In this document: piece by piece, positions 59,188-64,000 of the stretch
How the letters are laid out: each line of letters begins with the position of its first letter
Position numbering within the stretch: the stretch's first letter is position 1
Assembly: GCA_043228905.1 (NCBI GenBank)
Contig: JBHGNT010000016.1
Coordinates: forward strand, 18,228,001 to 18,292,000
Length of the DNA: 64,000 bases
DNA from: Azolla caroliniana
Taxonomy: Eukaryota > Plantae > Polypodiophyta
Direction: 5' to 3'
Program-made: the position numbers and the translations under genes
Notes under the pieces: generated by a model
Seen by the model: only the letters and a program-made list of their open reading frames with translations
What the model was told of the DNA's origin: nothing
The model's database searches: none

Positions 59188-60039
59188 ATGCACTCCAATT
59201 GCTTAACACAGATCAATGGAAGAAGGAAGTTTGAAGTGTCCTAACCAAGGAGACACTCAGAATGAGGGCAAAGGTTATGCTCGAGGAAAGCGAAAGAAGC
59301 CACAACAACTGGTTGTGGTGGCACAAAGTGCATGTGAAGCCTTAAGTAATTGGATGCTCTCCATAGCTATGGTGGAAAGAATGGTTGTGGTGGTGTTGGG
59401 AGAAGAGAGATAAGGAACCATCGGTTCTTGGTCAATTCAGCATAAATACATAGGTTATGGATAAAAGAAAAGATTAGGACAAGGATCAAAGGTTCCAACT
59501 TGCCCCCCTCCCCTCAGTACCACACTTGGCACATACCAGAGGATGTGCAGGTTTGGTGGGGGTGGATGTAGGTGCTGTTTAAATAGAAATATTAAAAAGG
59601 TTGAGTGGTAGAGAAAGAGAGACATGGAAGCTCTATCAGATTGGGAAGCAATGATATCGAGTCAAGAGGAAGTGTAAAACCAGTATCGACAAGAGGCAAT
59701 GTGGTCATTGACCGTTCGAAGTTTACACCAAAACACTTCACTATTATTCTTTTCTTCCTTTTCTTCTTCGTCTTCTTCTCCATAGTATACTTCTTGTTTT
59801 AGGGTTTATTCTTAGTGAAATTTAAGGTTCTTAGTTCATGATTAATTTCTGAAATTTACCATCGTCATAATAAAACAACATCCAAAAACGTACAATCCCT
59901 ATTTTATAAAGGGAATTTCTTTCTTAATCTAGCAGTTTCAAACTTAATATTGTAAAATTCATTCATAATTTCATGATCGTTGGGTTAATTACATGATTCA
60001 ATCCTAACCTTACGTATAATTCATTGTTCGGGTCGTCAC

Positions 60040-60835
60040 TACCTTCGACTCTAAGTAGCCTTCGACTCTAACAAATCTTTGACTTTGAGGAGCCTTTGAC
60101 TTTGAAAAATCTTCAACTCTAACTTACCCTTGACTCTTAGAATGTTCGACTATAACCTACCTTTGACTCTAGATAACCTTCAACTCTGACATACCTTCGA
60201 CTCTGCAGAGCCTTCAATTCTGACGATATTTTGACTCTCAGGATCTTTCAACTTTGGGTTATCGTCGACTCTATAGAGCTTCTAACCCTAATGATCTTTC
60301 AATTCTGTAGAACCTTCGCATCTAACAATCTTTTGAATCTTAGGATCTTTTGACTCGAACGATCATTCGACTCTAACGAACCTTCAAGTCATCAATCCTC
60401 TCTAGTTCAAATCCCGGTGGTCCCACTCAAGTAGCACACATACACGCGTCGCGACGATGGTGATGTTGCCTCGTGTCGATGCTAGTTTTACACGCCCTCA
60501 TACATGTGGTCCCTTCAACTCTGATGTACCTTCGACTTTGCAGAACCTTCGATTCTGACGATATTTTGACTCTCAAGATCTTTCGACTTTGGGTTACCTT
60601 CGACTCTATAGAGCCTCTAACCCTAATGATCTTTCAATTCTGTAGAACCTTCGCATCTAACAATCTTCTGAATCTTAGGATCTTTTGACTCGAACGATCA
60701 TTCGACTCTAACGAGCCTTCAAGTCATCAATCCTCTCTAGTTCAAATCCCCGGCGGTCCCACTCAAGTAACACACATACACGCATCGCGACTATGGCCAT
60801 GTTGCCTCTTGTCGATGCTAGTCTTACACACCCTC
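60040..60835. repeat. Degenerate CCTTCGACTCT minisatellite with a ~335-bp tandem duplication
   Basis: 60177-60499 is repeated at 60512-60835. The short motif recurs about every 17 nt. Confidence 0.85.
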
Positions 60836-61407
60836 TTGATTTACAACCATAGCTTCCTCGTTTCTCAATCCGGCAGCACTTTCGCATTTCATCTGGTTCA
60901 AGTCCCTCGTGGTCCCACTCAAGTGGCACACGTACGTGTGTAACTTCGCAACAACAACCATGTCACTTCTTGTTAATGTTGGTCTTACATGTTGTCGTAT
61001 TGCCAATGGCACACGATGGGAAACCTCTTCCAAAGCACGTAATTTATGCATTTAAGAAGGATCATATAAGAGCAAAAAGTGAATTTTGAACTCAACACTT
61101 TTCCTTCATCATTGAAAGAATGTAAATACCACTAGGATAAACTATTTTATATATAAATTAATTATATTTCTAATAATATAATCAAATAACCGTTATATAT
61201 AAGCAAACCATGAGAGCCAAGTGGTGTAATGCTCTTAAGATCTTAGTGCATGTGAGACCCTATAAAAAGGGCCTCTTTTCTTATGTAAAAAAGGGGGGAG
61301 AAGAGAGAAGTATTGTCATGAACATCGAGTCGAATTTGAGCCTTAGGTCCTTATATATATATTTCTCCTAGACAAACTTTAGACTTTAAACCTTTGTATA
61401 AAGAGTG

Positions 61408-61477
61408 GTATGTAAGACTAAGTATGTAAGACCCGGTATGTAAGACTTAGTGTGTAAGACTCAGTATGTAAGACTTG
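61408..61477. repeat. 14-bp tandem repeat x5
   Basis: GTATGTAAGACnnn repeated five times. Confidence 0.9.
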
Positions 61478-61748
61478 GGATGCAATAATCAGTATGCTTG
61501 CTATTATAGTATGCATGACTTGGCATGAGCATGCTTATCATGCATCACTATATGTAAAAAAAGGGTTGATCTCCCTTGTTAACATCAAGGAGATGAACAC
61601 CAGTCATGGAATAGACATTCTTACTCATTGTCATCAACTTCTCCATCTCTCTATCTCATCAACTTACCCATCTCTTTGTCTTCCAATTGTTCATCCATGA
61701 CATATTGATCTCCTTTCTTCTTTTTGTCTTCTTTCTCAATACACTATC

Positions 61749-62815
61749 ATGTCAGAATCATCTAGTAACCTTGAGCAAATTTTGGCAATGCTACAACAAC
61801 TCCAACACGAGAATGCAAACTTACGAAACTCTATTCAAGAACTTCAAGTAGCGACGACGATTATACCTCACCCAATTATTGACCCTTCTGTTGTAGAACC
61901 TAATGTCTGCTTGCTAGAAAAAATCGATGGATCAAGGTCACAATTAGGAGACTTCATCACCCAAATCCGCCTTATTATTCATCTTTAGGCCCGACGATAT
62001 TCTGATGACTTTCGACAAGTTGGGCTGATTGGCACGTTGCGGACAGGACAAGTGCAAGCCTGGTTTGCCCCTCTGGTGGAAACTTCTTCGTCTCTCTTGA
62101 ATGACTTCCACGCATTTCTTACTGAATTTGAGGCAACTTTCGGGGAGACCGACAAACGACGAGCCGCACTCAACAAACTATATGCATTACAACAAGGAGA
62201 ACGTGCAACATCAATCTATGCATCTAACTTTCGTTAGCTCGCGTGCGAGGTGGAGTGGGACGGACAAGCCCTCCTCGATTAGTTCCGTCGAGGATTACGA
62301 GGTGAGATAAAAAAATCTTTTGCTTAACTTTCTTGAGCCCACATCTTTGAATGAGGCTATTTCCCAAGTTGTGCGCTGCGATAACCGTCTCTTTGAGTTC
62401 TGGCAAGAGGTATGTCCTCACCAAATCCATCCACATTGGCCAGCCACTTCATCTTCATCGTCAACTCCCGCCATAGATTCTAGTTCCCCAATGGATATCG
62501 ATCGAATTCGCTATCGACCATTGACTAACGTGCAACGACAACATCGTCGAGCCAACAATTTATGTCTCTATTGTGGCGGCCTTGACCATTTGATTCGTTC
62601 TTGCCCAAAAAAGGGATCCCGTCGAACACCACATCATGTGGATGGGGTTAACATTTTCTGCCAACAGGAAAACTCCAATGTCCAGTTGTGGTAGGGTTGT
62701 GCATCTGGACCACAAGAGTCGACAATTGTGTCAAGGGCACAATCAACCGACTTCCTCGACAACAAGCTTCACACTTCTGGTCACTCTTCAGTTTGGCTCT
62801 AGCACTCATGTGCAA
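61749..62815 (+). pseudogene. Tcn1/Tf1-sushi-like gypsy gag remnant, cut at a poly-G run
   Basis: EPNVCLLEKIDGSRSQL, LYALQQG..SIYASNFR and PMDID..RRANNLCLYCGGLDHLIRSC. GGAAAAC just before the gag stop. Confidence 0.82.
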
Positions 62816-64000
62816 GGGGGGGGGGGGGGGGGGGGGGGGGTAAGAGGGGTAAGAGGGGAAGGACTTGGTGTTGACACATGTTGTGTCTAGCCGACTGTTA
62901 TATGTAGAGTCAGTTGGTTGGTCGACATAGTCAACTATTGCGGAAGCAAATATGGATCTTGTTTAGGAATGGACAAACGTAGATTAAGCGTGAGGACGTG
63001 TGTCTTCTCCTTATCAACCTCAGAATGTATACACAAAGACAGATATATGGCAAAAAGTAAATCTATATTATCGTTCGTCACTTTGTACAAGAAGGAATTC
63101 CTCCTTGTTATACAAGAGGGAACTAAGCCCTAACTACAAGGAGTGTTCACACTAAGGTACAATGGTCGGAGTAGGACTTTTAGTCCAACACTTGGACCTA
63201 ATGGCTTAAAGTATATTGTTTAGATTTTAAGCCCTTTTTTCATTAATTTAACCGTGAGGATGTTCAAAAGGAGTCATCTCATTGCCTTTGCCAATGGTTT
63301 TTTGTTTTAGCTTCATGTAAGTTTTTCCTTTTGGTGATTATGGTTATTGTATTTCAACTAATTGGATAAGTTTAAATATAGTTTGGAAATTCTTTCTTTG
63401 TGAATTCTACATAGGAGTAACCTTATGTACCTTAGGGAACTCATGTAAATAATTAATGCCCTCATGTTATCATAACACCGACAATTCGATTAAAACGTTT
63501 TATACATATTATTTACATCCAAAAGGATGTGATATGAAGGGGATATTTACAAAACCAAATTGAAAAAGGATCTATGGAAGCCACCTGAATTTTATAGAAA
63601 TGGAGGATTATAAACAAGGCCTCGAATGCACATGATATGGAGACTTGTGGTGTAGATAAAGGGGATTTTTAGATATTTCAATTGAAAAAGGGTATATTAA
63701 AGACAAGGAAAAATTATAGAAAAAAGCAAGGCTAAAACTCAGCTCAAATTTATATGATGTGGAAGGTTTAATCTTACCCAAACCTCTATATTGTCCTTAA
63801 TTGAACTTCTGATGATCCCACTCCATACGACATAATCCTGACATGACTACCACATGGATTAGACTTAACATGCCACGTTGCTCATAAATTTTGATCGTCT
63901 TTGAATATTAAATTTCCACTTACATATATTTGCCATTTCTTTGTAACTTTGAAACCTATAGATTCCACACCCACTCACATGAGTGTGGTGTATTTTATTG

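Noticed and set aside
1-64000. Numerous short antisense or overlapping ORFs, including 211-807 and the repeat-derived ORFs at 20066-20878
   Set aside because: They are shadows of retroelement coding strands, LTRs or tandem repeats, with no independent protein motifs.
62815-64000. Poly-G run, purine tract and TGTTGAC as a possible further LTR
   Set aside because: No second LTR, TSD or coding region within the window supports it.

Overview
Eukaryotic, almost certainly land-plant, heterochromatin-like DNA made of nested and truncated LTR retrotransposons. No host gene is recognisable. It holds one full-length decayed Ty1/copia (168-5515) and many copia fragments. A Ty3/gypsy with extra ORFs on both sides of gag-pol spans 36547-46387. 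There is also a fungal-type (Tcn1-like) gag remnant, two unrelated solo LTRs and a non-autonomous hAT element. The most notable content is a tRNA-Trp-primed Ty3/gypsy lineage present as two pol-encoding copies, LTR fragments, a solo LTR and two gag-only non-autonomous elements, one nested in the other. It makes 4-bp CpG-centred TSDs and has a D-H-G protease motif. It appears to express RT through a conserved GGATTTT slippery site plus a covarying pseudoknot placed after the protease. The LTRs of the non-autonomous members carry an antisense tRNA-like A-box/B-box module. All alignments were done by eye and no database search was run.
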